From Hypanus sabinus (lineage: Eukaryota), in contig NW_026781846.1 in NCBI RefSeq assembly GCF_030144855.1, positions 620,001 to 684,000 of the forward strand: a DNA stretch of 64,000 bases. Direction: 5' to 3'. Position numbers and translations under genes: made by a program. Under the pieces are notes generated by a model, which did no database searches, was not told the DNA's origin, and was given only the letters and a program-made list of their open reading frames with translations. The stretch's first letter is position 1; each line of letters begins with the position of its first letter. Shown in pieces: positions 1-12,960 of the stretch.

Positions 1-599
1 ATTTGTTTATGATTGAGGTGAGTGCGACAGGACGCCCATGGTCCAGACATGGTACTTTGGTATTCGGATGTTTTGAAGATGGAGGGCCCTACACAGAGGG
101 AGAGGGAAAGAATAAAAATGTCCGTGAATATTTGAGTTCTCGCCCTGACTGCTGCACATTCATTCGATGACGAGATGCGTGGGATTCAGTGAGTGTCTGC
201 GAAGCGACGGCGTTCCACAACGCGGTTCGACAGTCTTCGTTGGGTCTCACAAGTGTGAAAGCGGCCGCTCCAGGAGAACCGGGTAGAAGCATCTGGCCTG
301 GAGGGACAGATTTTCGCGAATGGTTGTTGGTGACGGAAGATTTGCAGATACAGGTGGGGAATTTGCAACGCTTGCAGGAATCAGATCAGTAGGGAGTGAT
401 AGTGGCCAAGTCAGTGATGTGGAAGAGATAACTGCCGAAAGTGGATAAAGCGCGGGTGGCGTGCAAAGGCATGCACATCGTCGTAAGACACCGCTAAAGA
501 CGGAGAAGTTATGAAGAATTATATGCTCTTTTGATAGTAGGCAGCGACATAAAAGAACCCTTTTCCCCCTAGTTCTGAATTGTGTGGATGGTATGAGAG

Positions 600-970
600 C
601 AAAATTTCTAGAAAGGTGACATCCATATCAGCAAATTCTCAACCGTTCCTTGGTGATCATTTCGTTCAGTCAAGCCAAGGCCAGGAAAATTTTGCATTAA
701 AATCAAAACACAGGAGCCTGCAAAATTGTGGTGATTATTATGTGAAGTAAATGAAAATGCAGGAAACCGCGCCACGCTTCAAACGTGTGACGGAGGTTTG
801 TCAGGTCCTTCAATGGGAGATCTCCAAGGGATTCGGGATGGAAGGTATATTTAACTACCAGAAAATGTTGTTCCGGCAACTCCAAATACATTCAGTGGTG
901 TATCTGCGTCGAACACAATGCTGCCATTGTCTGTGCGAATGTGTTGATCTCGTTCTGAAATATTGTAAGC
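600..970. repeat. Non-coding block duplicated in inverted orientation at 5820-6200
   Basis: TCGTTCAGTCAA, GAAGTAA..GAAAATGCAGGAA and CAATGGGAG.ATCT anchors; yields the paralogous pseudo-ORFs MKMQETAPRFKRV / MEMQEAASNFKRV. Confidence 0.8.
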
Positions 971-1084
971 AATTATGCAAAATATCAGCAACTACAACCA
1001 GCATTACTTTGCTAATGGCTCAGGCAAACGTGGATCTCATAGCTCCAGGTCCTAATGAGCAGCTGCTAATGTAAAAACTTCTCT

Positions 1085-1575
1085 GCGGCAGCCCTGTTGG
1101 GTTATAACTAGAGGTAACGTGGCTCTGGAGTGCCGGGGCTTCCGATGAAAGACATGTTGTTCTTCCTTGTGAGCCTGGAAGAGCGACTTCCAGGCGCTTT
1201 CGTCGGAGAGCGATTGCGAGCGAGGACAGGATGGAGAGAGTCGGAAGACCACCTGATGGTGCAGACTGAGAAACGAGCGTCGAACGGTCGGCTACGTTTG
1301 GACGTCGACGGGACAATTGAATGAATAGTGAGTTCGAACGTTCGAACAATAGACTCATTCAGGAGAATGGGCACTTTTCTTTGTTTTGTTTCTTTACCAA
1401 CCTGATAGTAAAATTAAACATTATAAAGCTCAATAGCTTAATCACATATTATATACAGTTTGATATTCAACGGCGCTGGTTTTTAACATGGGCGATATAT
1501 GACGCAGCATCCACACTAACCTGATTTCACAGTTTGGCTGCCCAGAGGCCGTTTTCCCCTGGACGAACACGTGCC
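1085..1575 (+). mobile_element. Solo-LTR-like fragment (family A)
   Basis: 3' part (GCAGCATCCACAC...GATTTCACAGTTTGG...GACGAACACG) matches the reverse complement of 30139-30240, which ends in ...GGGTTACA. Confidence 0.55.
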
Positions 1576-2210
1576 TTCTTCCACCTGACAAGATTATCCA
1601 CTTCACTCGTCACGAATGTCACCGGGACAAATTTATCCCTAACATCCTGCAAGAGATCATTAAACATCGACGACATGTCCGTAGTACATTTCCCTGCAAA
1701 AAACATCATCCCAATGCACACCCGCAAGTTCTAGCCTGATAGCCTCATTATTTTCCCTTCCTGAATTAAATATTTTCCTGTCCTTTCTGATACTATCCTT
1801 TTCCATGATGATGCTAAAGGTCAGGGAGCGGTGATCACTGTCTCCCAAATGCTCACCCACTGACAGATCTGTGACCTGACCCGGTTCGTTAGCTAGTACT
1901 AGATCCAGTATGGCTTTCCCCCTAGTCGGCCAGTCAACATACTGTGACAGGAATCCATCCTGGCATTCCCCCTAGTCGGCCAGTCAACATACTGTGACAG
2001 GAATCCATCCTGGCATTCCCCCTAGTCGGCCAGTCAACATACTGTGACAGGAATCCATCCTGGCATTCCCCCTAGTCGGCCAGTCAACATACTGTGACAG
2101 GAATCCATCCTGGACACACCTAACAAACTCTGCCCCAACTAAACCTTTGGAACTAATCAAGTGCCAATCAATGTCGGGGAAGTTAAAGTCTCCCATGATA
2201 ACAACCCTGT
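1575..2210 (-). mobile_element. CR1 LINE fragment (APE endonuclease region)
   Basis: MGDFNFPDIDW, CVQDGFLSQYV and GEHLGDSDH motifs on the minus strand. Confidence 0.85.
1911..2113. repeat. 50-bp tandem repeat, four near-perfect copies, inside CR1
   Basis: CCTAGTCGGCCAGTCAACATACTGTGACAGGAATCCATCCTGGCATTCCC recurs at 1921, 1971, 2021 and 2071. Confidence 0.95.
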
Positions 2211-2530
2211 TTCTAATGTGACTGATGTAATAATCACTCTAACTGTCTCAGAGGAATTATTCTAAATTGCATATAACTCTGCAAAACTTGGCAGCAGTCC
2301 ATATTGCATATTTGGAAAGCTCCGTCAACTGAACGCTGCTGCTGACAGAATAGGAGATATCCAACGATATACTACATCGTGGGCCTTTTCTATCCTGCAG
2401 TTGTAGCGATTGGTTTCCGTGATAAGATAGTGCAACTGGTCACACTATGTGAGGCGCCATCGTCTTGCTTTTGTTCCGCTGCACATTTCGGACAGTTACC
2501 CAGCACAAAGTCTACCCTCGGCTGAAATGT
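2210..2530 (+). pseudogene. Orphan promoter plus dead exon 1 (2352-2421) of a GPR139-like gene
   Basis: Colinear with ~7840-8160. ATG is changed to AGG (2352), the body reads YPTIYYIVGLFYPAVVAIGF, and the donor GT is changed to AT (2422). No exon 2 seen downstream. Confidence 0.8.
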
Positions 2531-2889
2531 ATCCCAGAATGGAGGATTCAAGCATCTGATAGACCTCTAAGGATTGTCCAAATACATTTTAAATGATGTG
2601 AGAGTGAAAACCTAAAACACATCCTCGGGCAGCTATTTACATAAGCTTACCCACTTAATTGGTCAAAATCATCCCTCCACTTCCTATTATTTTTATTTTC
2701 TCTCTTCACTTTAAATCAATGTCCATTAGTAAGTGATTCTCTGCACTGTTTGTTACTGGTCAGTCGGCTGTGACACCAGTATTATTAGCCCGGTCAGTAA
2801 TGGGCCTGGATTACGAGTGTCGTCACCAACATGGTCAGCAATGATATTGCCAGTGTGTGCGCAGCAATTGTTCTGGGAAAGCAACAATT

Positions 2890-4900
2890 AAAATATTCTT
2901 CATGACTGGAAACCGCAATAAAGTTCGGTTGTATAATATCGAGCTCTACCTATCATTGCACTGTCAGTGAATAAATGACAACACTTCACGATTCCCAGAC
3001 CATTAGTTGTAGTCACTGAATACAAGTGGCAAATGTTTAAGCAATCCCCGATTCTGTTTCCTCGGATCCGCATACGAGTCCAGAAATGCAAGGAGCAGAA
3101 CAAGAAGGATATCTCTCCCACCTGTTTACATTCCTCACCATCTGGAGCTCGTGCAAATTCATCCGGTTCTATTTCAGGTCACTGTTCATACTGCAGAGAA
3201 CACTTTATTCTGTTCCTTGCAACATCTAGTTTCATTAGAGCAATATTTACCAATCATTTCTAAATCTTTTATAAAACTATCTCAAATTTATTGTACACAA
3301 ACGTATAACTGAGCGTATCTCGTAATTCTGCAAGTTTCGAACGACAGCGGGTTAACTACATCTCACGCAGACTGTAATTAATCTGACTACTGATGTACAA
3401 TAACTCTCTCTTGTTGTTCTACGCCATTTGCTTGAAACAGCAGAAAACTCACATATTTATTCGCAGCATGCAGCACATTTCTTTTCAAAGATGAAAAATA
3501 CCTAACGTATGTTTGCACGTATACGGGATATTTTAACAATTATATTCACTTTTGTATTGCTAGCGTGAAACATCCGAGGAGATCATGTCGGTTGTGTAAA
3601 TGCGATGAAAGTTCGGCATTCTTATGTTCACCGGTGGTTCCCATTATCTGAACACACTGAACGCAGCTGCATCTATTTCCGGCATTCCGGTACTTTATCC
3701 ACGAACCCACTACTTATAAGCCTGCAGCAGGAATTGCAAATAAACGACACTGAATTTCTTTTAGATATACGAAAATAAAAATGCGCGATTGCCCGAAAAT
3801 ATAAACACGTCCTAAAGTGATGATAGAAAATAATAGTGAATATTTATCCTTATCCGCTGGTCACACCTGATATGAGTACGAAAATAACAACAGAAGCCGA
3901 TGTTAAGTGTCTTTATGTCCAATGATGTCTCGGTCACTCGTTGGTACATTGACCGTACAACATGTAAGGTATTGAATCTGTTCACATCACGTAGCCATCC
4001 CATGCCATCCCGTGCAGGTACTATAAATGTGGTTAATGGTTATACATCACGGGGACATCTATCAACATTTTATTTGCCGCAACGGAGCGGTCATTGACAC
4101 ATAAACGTATAAACAATATATTCTGATGTGCAGCGACAGTGTGAATATTGATTGCAGGGCATCATCAATAACAGTGCCATTGTGCTGTAGAACTTTCTTT
4201 ATAAAGGGGTTTATTGATATGGTTTAATGGTCATACATATTGTTTTCGATATGTCCATCATGATGTTGGACAATCAATGATTTTACCTTTATACTTGAAG
4301 ATGGTTCTGAATAAGCAGTGACATTCTTTATGTGAGAGTTAGTGGGAACGAAAGAAATGTGATAATAACTTTGCAGAATTGCGGGATCTGGACAAGCAGC
4401 TACAATATCCATGTGGCCGGTGGCATGTCAGAGTAAGCACCGTTGACACCCAGATTCTCAGTGATGCGTCTGTAGATTTTTCACAGTCCTGTTCATTGCA
4501 GTATTGGATCCATTGGAAGAAGGGAAATAATCTCAGTTGCTCCTCACAGCCCAGAAAGTGAATCAAATTACCTGTGTCGTNNNNNNNNNNNNNNNNNNNN
4601 NNNNNNNNNNNNNNNNNNNNNNNNNNNNNNNNNNNNNNNNNNNNNNNNNNNNNNNNNNNNNNNNNNNNNNNNNNNNNNNNNNNNNNNNNNNNNNNNNNNN
4701 NNNNNNNNNNNNNNNNNNNNNNNNNNNNNNNNNNNNNNNNNNNNNNNNNNNNNNNNNNNNNNNNNNNNNNNNNNNNNNNNNNNNNNNNNNNNNNTTTATA
4801 TGCGTCTATTGCCGATAAACTTAACATCTCTGTCTTTGAAATAACCGTGGTGACGATTACTATGGAATATGCAGAATTATAACTAGAAAACAGATGTATA
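2890..4900. repeat. Non-coding segmental duplication, inverted relative to 55770-57810
   Basis: Multiple colinear anchors, e.g. revcomp 4380-4530 ~ 55975-56140, revcomp 3290-3540 ~ 57060-57300, revcomp 2900-3085 ~ 57620-57810. Confidence 0.85.
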
Positions 4901-5299
4901 CTTGACATGGTTCTGAAAATAATGAAAGCTAAAATCCGAGAAGAAATTCAATGTATTAGAACCTAGCTGATTTGGTTCGTTGATTTAATTTTAATTCTTT
5001 ATTTGATTAATTATTTTTATTGCATTTGAATTTCTGTTATTTCTGACGATGGAGCAACTTGTAAAGGAAGAGTATCCCCGTGCAAAAAACACTTTGCACT
5101 GGGGCAGTACCACTCTCTCGGCCTCAAGATTCTTGGTCCGATGGCAGGAAACAACGTCAAGATTGGAGACTTCCTCGGCAGATTTGGATACCAATGACGC
5201 ATTTTGTGCCTTGCTTTGACCTTCGCTCTCCACGAAGAGTTGCACCGTTTTATTTCGTGTTCGATCTCGTAGTTGATCACATTCGCCGAGTCCGGGTAC

Positions 5300-5590
5300 T
5301 GGCTTCACATGCTTGCGTAGGCAAATCCATAACTCACGGAGGTACAAATTTGCCGCCTACCCTTACCTCGTTTAGCCCGCCTGTCGAAGCGCCGTACCGG
5401 GGTATGCCACTGACGGATGCAAACAGTTACTGGGAGCCACTGGTAAGAGCTGGGTGTCAGGAGGGATTCAAAGAGGACGAGGTGCCTCTAGGTTAATTGC
5501 GACAAGCTCGCCACCGGAGCCGCAAGGAATACACTGTTTACAACAGTTTAAAATGAAGGTTCTTGGAGATTTTATTTTGTCACGGAATTG
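5300..5590 (+). repeat. Interspersed repeat shared with 55470-55750 (possibly an RTE-type LINE 5' region)
   Basis: GTTTAGCCCGCCTGTCGA and downstream sequence are present in both copies in direct orientation. Family assignment is tentative. Confidence 0.55.
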
Positions 5591-6229
5591 AGCTGCTAAT
5601 TTGAGAAAGATTACTTTCATACCATGTACAACGTGCACAATATAAGTATCCAATCCAATCCTTGGGAGAGCACAATGTCTTTCTGTTAACGACAGGGAGT
5701 ATTTTAAGCAGGCAAAAAGAAGTAAATGTATATGTGTTCCTGAAGTTGGAAGACCCGCGTTTTACTGATCCGTTAGTTATTAAATGCTGGTAGTAGTTGA
5801 TGATATTTAGCATAGCAAATTTTTACGATATTTATTTAAACAGTACAAAATCTACATTTTCTGGATGACATTGACAGAAATTGTATTCACCGGAGAGACA
5901 GCATTTAGGATTTTGTTGCCGAGTTGGCAGAACAACACTTTCGAGCACGTAAACATTACGTTGGTCTGTGTCCTTAGATACTCCCCATTGAATATCCAGA
6001 AAAAACATCCTGACACGCTTGAAATTTGATGCAGCTTCCTGCATTTCCATTACTTCAGACAGTAATCATCATTACTTTTCAGGTTTCATTGTCTGTTTTT
6101 GCACAATGTTTGTCTCACCTTCGGTTGACTGAACGACATTATCACCCTGAAACGGGTGAGCATTTCTCGACATCTATGCCTCACCTTCTGGAGAATTTAT
6201 CCTTAGCTTCTTCCAGCGTCATATTAAAA

Positions 6230-7085
6230 TAGAAATATAGAAAACCTACAGCAAAGTACAGGACGTTCGGTCCCCAAAACTGTGCCGAAAATGTCCCTAT
6301 CTGAGTAATTACCTAGGGCTACCCATACCCTTCTATTTTTGTAAGCTCCATGTACCTGTCCAGAATCTCTTAAAATACCTTATCGTAACAGCCTCCACCA
6401 CCGTCACCGGCAGCCCGTTCCATGCACTTTACACTCTGCATTAAAAAAAATATATAAGTACCCCTGATATCTCCTCTGAACCCACTTCCAAGCACACTAT
6501 ATCTGTGCCCACTCGTGACAGATTTTTCAGTCCAAGGAAAAAGCCTCTGACTATTCACCTCCATTCCAGGCAACACCCTTGTAAATCTCCAATGCACACA
6601 CTCTCTAGTATCCACTCACCCTCTCCATAGTGTCAATTGTATAGACCCTGGATTAGGAAAATCTGCATGCAGTCACCCTGTTCATAACCTAACTCTACCT
6701 TTCAGATTATCGCTGGACATTTCGAAGCTTAGTGATATTTCAAAAATGTAGGTGGCCAGAACAGCCCACGATCTTCTATCGACGGCCTCACCAACATGTT
6801 GTACAGCTTCAACATAACGTCCCAACTCGTGTACTCAGTAATGAGTTTGTGAAGGTCACTGTGATCAGAGCTCATTACGGGCCGAACTGCCTGTGACACC
6901 GATTTCCTGAAATTATCGATCTGTATCGCCAGGTCTCTTTTTACATACTGCACACATATTCAGTGTGTGCGTCGAGATCTGTTTTATCTTATCTCACAAC
7001 CCAGACCATCTCACACCTGTCTGTATTAAATGCCATCTGCCATTTTCCAGCCCATTTCCTAGCCGGGCAACATCTATTTACAAGT
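6230..7085 (-). mobile_element. CR1 LINE 3' fragments (two adjacent copies)
   Basis: CR1 tail at ~6230-6260; RFTRVLPG, SWDVMLKLYNMLVRP and KWQMAFNTDRC motifs. Confidence 0.8.
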
Positions 7086-7893
7086 CTGGATAGAGCTCCT
7101 GGCTGGAAAAGCGCCTCCAAATTAGGAGTCGGACGCAATTCCTCTGATTCAGTTTTCGACATCGGCATCTGAATCATTCACATGCATGATAAGAATAGGC
7201 CTAATTCCAATCCCTGCACTAAACTTGTCATAGTCAAAGAAGCAACCATCCACTCTCTGCGAATCGAGAAAAGAACTCTCATGAATCGGTCCACAAGCCG
7301 CACCTAAATCCGCATGGGCGCGTAAATTGTTATTTTCAAAGGTCTTTGGAATATTGTTCTCTATCTCCTTGATATGCTCAGAACATACATATGAAGTTTT
7401 ATATTTTGATTCATGTCCTAAACTGTTATTGTGATTTTCGTCATTCAAATGACTCGAAATTACTAAAATAAGCGACAGAAAAAAATGTCCTATTTTTCCC
7501 CTCAAAAGGATGTACCGCATTTCACCTGCCGAGCTGATGACTCGCCCTCAATGTCAGAAGCGAATGTGCTGTGCTGAATGTGACAAAATAAATCTGTTGG
7601 AAGTAGATTATCCCTGTTGATTGTTCAGGATGATTGTCTGTGTGAAAAACAATACTGATCATAAAATATCCCATTTTAGCAGCTGACGTCAGATGTCCTG
7701 GAAAGTGCAATAGCAACGAGCATATTATCGTTTGCTTAAAAATTAATATTCTGTAACATCCCTTCGGAATACGAAACCATGGCACGGTGACAGAGAGAGA
7801 AAATACATTAATGTAAGTGTTTGTGTAGCTGGTTGTCACTCGGGCGACAGATGTCATAACCACACTAATTGCCTCAGTGGAATTACTCTGAAT

Positions 7894-7902
7894 TGCATAT
7901 AA
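7894..7902 (+). promoter_or_regulatory. Putative TATA-like box of GPR139-like gene
   Basis: TGCATATAA ~80 bp upstream of the ATG; conserved at the same position in the paralogous block (~2268-2276). Confidence 0.45.
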
Positions 7903-7977
7903 CTCTGTAAAACCTGCCACCAGCCCATATGAGCAGTTGGAACGTTCCGTGCAACTGAACGCTACCTCTGACGGAAT

Positions 7978-9520
7978 ATGGCATATCCAGCGATTTACTA
8001 CATCGCCGGCGTTTTTTATTCTGCAATTGTTGCGATAGGTGTACCTGGTAAGGTACTGGAGCTGGTCACTGAATGTATGGTGCTACCGTCATCTTGCTTT
8101 CGATCGGTTGCACTTTTTGGACTTTTACTTAGCACAGAGGGTACCATCGTCTGAAATGTGATTCCAAATTGTTTCTACGTGATGATTTTCTATTTTCTTT
8201 GTCAGTTGTGTTAGTGCTGATATTTCCATTAATCCATAGTTTCATATTGCTCGGCTTTCTGGTCGCATTTGCAGACTAGAACCCTTTTCAACTGACCGGC
8301 CAGTCGAATATCGACACGCAGGTCTGTTCTTCCAGAAACGGTAAATTGTAACTTATACATTAAATCTCAGGATTTGAGTTGCAAATTGACCCTTCGGTTA
8401 TTTCACCTCAGATAATGGAAATGGTGTTGTATATCGAGCTATCAAACTTCAGCAGTTCGTGAGTCGTGGAAATCTGAAGCCCGGTTCTAATCTGTCGGAA
8501 AGTCGCCCACCCACTAATTCTGTCCATTATTCTCCAGCCGGACTGCACGTATCGATTCCGCACAAATTGAATTTCTTCTTTTCACTTTGTTTATTTTTTT
8601 CTCTCTCCAATATTTTTTGTAGTTAATTTAACGGCGATTGTCATCCTACCTCGTGGAAAATGCGGACTCTCCAAATGCATCACCTGTTACCTGGACGGAA
8701 TGGCAACAGCGGATATGATGGTGGTTATCGTTTTCGCTTTATTAGAAAACACCAACAACATCTACATTTTTTTCAAGATACCTGCTCATCACTCCTGTAT
8801 GCACAGTTACATTTATATTTTTTATTGTTTCGAGGGACTGTTCTGTTTGGTTTACAGTCAGTTTTACCGTCGATCGTTTCATCGCAATATGTTGTCGAAA
8901 GTTTGGGGAACGATACTGCACTGAGAGAACAGCAACGGTGGTTATGGTGACGGTGCTTATAGTGAGCTGCGGGAAAAATGCCCCTTTTTACTTTATAGTT
9001 GAACCCTACGTCATTATTGACAACTTGCCGTGGCGTTGCGCCCTCACATGAATACGCTACTTTACCAGTGTGGAAAGGAATGGAAATACTAGATGGCATT
9101 TTAACACCGATGCTACCGATCGGTTTAATTCTTGTCTTCAATGGGCTAACAGTGAGACATATAATTGCGGCAAATAGAGTCCGCAGAGGGCTTCGGAAGA
9201 GCAGCGATAAACAGAAATATACAGAGTTGGAAAACCGCAGAAAATCGATGATTTTATTATTTGCAATTTCAACTAATTTCATATTTTTCTGGGTGCCGTA
9301 TGCAGCTCATTCCCTGCGATGGCAAACGGTAAATTACCATTATCAGGACAGATATTTGAATTCCCCGGTATACATACTACAGCAGTCTGCGTACATGTTG
9401 CAAACTCTCAGTGTGTGCACCAATACTTGTATCTACACACTGACACAGAGGAAATTCAGACAAGAGCTGAAGGATGGAATGAAGTATGTGTTTACGTTAA
9501 ATGGCCATTTGTGTAGATAA
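7978..9520 (+). pseudogene. GPR139-like GPCR pseudogene (exon 1 7978-8047, exon 2 8623-9520; two frameshifts)
   Basis: Exon 1 MAYPAIYYIAGVFYSAIVAIGVP+G|GTAAG; acceptor TTTTTTGTAG|. Exon 2 reads NLTAIVILPRGKCGLSKC...DRFIAICC...NRRKSMILLF...CTNTCIYTLTQRKFRQEL. Frameshifts occur in a T-run at ~8767-8773 and at ~9045-9050, and they do not compensate. Confidence 0.88.
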
Positions 9521-9689
9521 CGCCCACTCCAATTCCAATTCAGCGGAGTTTTAGAATAAAACAGTTCAAAAAATCAGCATAATTGGCAAATATCTCATAA
9601 ATCTAAACAACCATGTGCCTGGTCATCGTGAAAAGAATAAATTCTGAACTATCGCAGAGATTTGACAATTATCCAGGAAATGTCACCAC

Positions 9690-9918
9690 AGCGTAAAAGC
9701 CAGGACTAATAGGCTTAAGGACAGCTTCATCCACCAGGCCACCAAACTGATTAACTCACGCTGATTTGAGTGTTTGTTTCTATGCTCCATTGACTGTTCT
9801 ATTTATTTTAAATTACTTTAAATTACTAGGATTTCACAATGGACATTTAGACAGAGACATAACCTAAAGATTTGTATTCCTCTTGTGTGTGAAGAATGTA
9901 AGAAATAGTCAATTCAAT
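9690..9918 (+). mobile_element. Rex1/Babar-like LINE 3' end
   Basis: RLKDSFIHQATKLIN-like ORF end, AT-rich UTR and CAATT-type tail. Confidence 0.6.
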
Positions 9919-10659
9919 CACAACGGGACGAATGAAGTCCGGACATCTCGGGGTTCAGATGTTTCAAAATGTTCATAGTCGGGTAAAACAGAGTAAAGGG
10001 AAAGCCTTTATCACAGGGAGTGTGTGGTAGTATCACAGCTCCGGAAAGGGAAGACATTGTGTTAGGATTGTGTGTTAATAGACTGTGAGTAGAACGCAGA
10101 ATTAGGAAGGGAGCTAACACCGGTTTGAAAGTATTAGTTCTCCGATACTCTCGAAAATGAGCTAGGATCTTCTCTGCTTCAGAGAAAGAGCGTCATCTCG
10201 CTTCCTGATCTCTAATGAAGATCCTTCGAAGCAAACGTATGTTCAATCACGTCTGCATTCACTCCACTCCGATCTCACCGTTAATATTTTTTCTCTCAGT
10301 TGAAACTGGCATAGACAGGAACACTCCTCTCTCAATTGCTTGGAAAGTTAGGCCTTTTCTAGTGGTGTTTGGTTTCATGGCTTTCTGGGGATACACGTAA
10401 ATATTGCCGTGTGACTACTTGTCCGTGCAGAGTAGTAACATTTATTTATGAGACAGGACCTATTGATTTACTCTCTAGGAAGAGCACACGGCATTCGTAG
10501 ACACTGCCTTGTTGAAAGCGAACAAGGCGGGTCAGTGTATCATCTTCCTGCATTATTTACGGATTCTGTAAAGAAAGACATGCGCGCACCGGGAATTTTT
10601 GTACGCAATGACTGTTGAATGTGGAAAAATTTTCAAGTTGAGAAATTTAAAAAAAGATT

Positions 10660-11290
10660 ATAACATTACAGCAAGGAAGCAAGCAATCCCGGTCCTTCTG
10701 GTCCATGTCAAACGCTTACTCTCACCTATTCCCACTGACCCGCACTCAGACCATAACCCTCCATTTCTTTCCTGTCTATATACCTATCCAATTTTAAATG
10801 ACAATACTGAACCTGCCTCTGCCACTTCTACTGGAAGCTCATTCCACACAGCTACCAGTCTCTCTGTAAAGAAATCCCCCCTCGTGTTACCCTTAAACTT
10901 CCGCCCCCTATCTCTCAACTCATGCCCTCTTGTTTGAATCTCCCCGACTCTTAATAGAAAATACCTATCCACGTCAACTCTATCTATCCCCCTCATAATT
11001 TTAAAAAACTCTATCAAGTCCCGCCTCAACTTTATTTTACACAAGGAACAGGCTTCATCCCAGATGCCTATATCTGGTACCTATCTCCCTATTTTTCCTG
11101 ACGATGTCCTCAATGAGCTCTTGCCTAAATTTGTCAGCACTGCCCTGTACTCTAATGTGAAAGTTATGCCACCGATATCTTCTTGATTACTTCACACTTG
11201 TCCGGTTTCTTCTTCTAATAGAATATTTGCGAAGTTTTACCTTATGCCACTTACGTGAGGGTTCTCAAAATTTAGGTCTTTAACTTGAAT
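10660..11290 (-). mobile_element. CR1 3' end (same subfamily as 12961-14790) plus older CR1 fragment
   Basis: LRRDLIEFFKIMRGIDRVD...LRVGEIQTRGH, nearly identical to the C-terminus of the 570-aa ORF. Confidence 0.85.
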
Positions 11291-12029
11291 GTCTGTTTTA
11301 CCCTTCCTGTTAACAGCCTGGAAACGAAGTCAGCACAAATGAGTTCCGCACTGACAAATGAGCTACTTGTACAGTCTCAAATATTCAGAAATCGCAGGCA
11401 ATATTCGGGCAGGGCAATTCACAAAGTGTTAGACTCTATTATTTTTCGTATACCACCTGTTACTTCACCCCATAATTTCACCTTTATTCCCTGCTGATGA
11501 TCGGGTGCCCTGTTTTGTTATTCCATCTTTATGATCCTATAGGTTGTTCCCAGAGGACGTCACTGGATATTCTGTCCTTTGTGATATAAGTACTTTTCAG
11601 CATGATTTCCTGCCCAATCAATAATGCAACTCCATACATTTCCTCATTAACAAGGCAATGACAACCCATAAAGCTTATTTGCTGGTCTTTCCATTGATCG
11701 ACCATTCTTGTCCAATCATGTTCGTATAATTTCTATAGTTTTGCACTCTCCTGCTCTGAGTTTCTATCCCATTCTTCCGTGGCTTCTTGTTTTAAAGTAA
11801 TTGCAGTCTGATACCTTGCACGGTACTGTTCTGCCGTGCCTCCCAGACGCTTTTCGCAATTCATAATCCTGACGTCTCTTCATTGATTATCACCGGGTAA
11901 AAATGCAAAATAAGGGGTCTGCTTGGTCTCAGAGACACCATGATGATGAAAAAAAATAAAAGGACGTAGTAGCTGAAAGTAATCTGCATAGAAGAGTCAA
12001 GTAAAATCGTATTTGGAAATATTGAGTGA

Positions 12030-12735
12030 AAAACAGCTCTTTGCCAGGTCATGCAGTTCACAAAAAAACAAGTGCTCGTTAGATAATCGAGGATTTCAAT
12101 GAAAGTGAAACGGCAATAATGTAAATGCTGTATTCATGTCAGAAGAAAACCTGAGAGCAGATATAGTGTTAACTTTCTACAGACACTGCGGTTGTGTGAT
12201 TACACGTGGTGGACTAAGAGAGAGCTGAATTTCCAGTTTTGTCGGAGGAGAACTCGTTAATGGTACTTCTCCACTACGGTCACGATGAACTCTGGTGTCA
12301 TTGTATTTAGAAACTTCTTGTTGTTATAATTTTCATTGCACCCCACACAGGTCTCGGCATTCCTCCATTCTTTCACTGTTTCCATGTACAGGAAATAAAA
12401 AAAGGACTTTTTAAAAACAGAATAATATGAATGCTATGCCCCTCATCAAATCAGCAATTTCAGGGTGGCAGCATTGTGTTTTAAATTTAATTGAGCAAAT
12501 TGCCACGAAGCGATCGAAAGTGAAACTGACAGAAAAATCACCCGCCACGTGACCCAGGACATAGTCGATATGCCCCGGATACTGTAAAGTCCGCATGCTT
12601 CACGCATATGGTATAACAGGACGACGATAATCACTACCATCATATTTTACACAGCCATCGCCACCAGGTAGTGCGTTACACATTTGGAGACACCGGAGTT
12701 TCCTTGGCACAGAATGATAATTACCAAAAGGTTAA
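12030..12735 (-). pseudogene. Degraded GPR139-like GPCR exon 2
   Basis: The minus strand has acceptor ...CACTAGAG|TTAAC, then NLLVIIILCQGNSGVSKCVTHYLVAMAV* (premature TAA) and ...FTFDRFVAICS.... Multiple indels and stops; 3' end approximate; exon 1 not identified. Confidence 0.8.
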
Positions 12736-12960
12736 CTCTAGTGAAAGAAACAAACAAACAAAAAAAAACAAATAGTTAAAAAAATTCAAATCGCGTTTAC
12801 TTAAAAAGTGTAATGCATATTCCGTCTGCTTGAAATAAATCCGTGGTTCATCAATAATGGACGTTATCACTGGGAGTAGGAATACTCCTGTGTTTCTGCG
12901 GTTCATCTGAAACGCCTGACCGCAGTGTAGAGCGTTTTACAGTCGCAATGATCACATTAT

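Noticed and set aside
751-1074. Paralogous short ORFs at 751-1074 (+) and 5832-6050 (-) as a new small gene family
   Set aside because: Similarity is explained by non-coding duplication; frames and stops are not conserved and no domain is recognisable.
1911-2113. CRISPR-like regular repeats
   Set aside because: Head-to-tail tandem units with no spacers, derived from CR1, in vertebrate DNA with no cas genes.
4339-4908. Long ORFs spanning N-runs (also ~27216-27788, 36078-36353, 41683-42120)
   Set aside because: Artefacts of assembly gaps.
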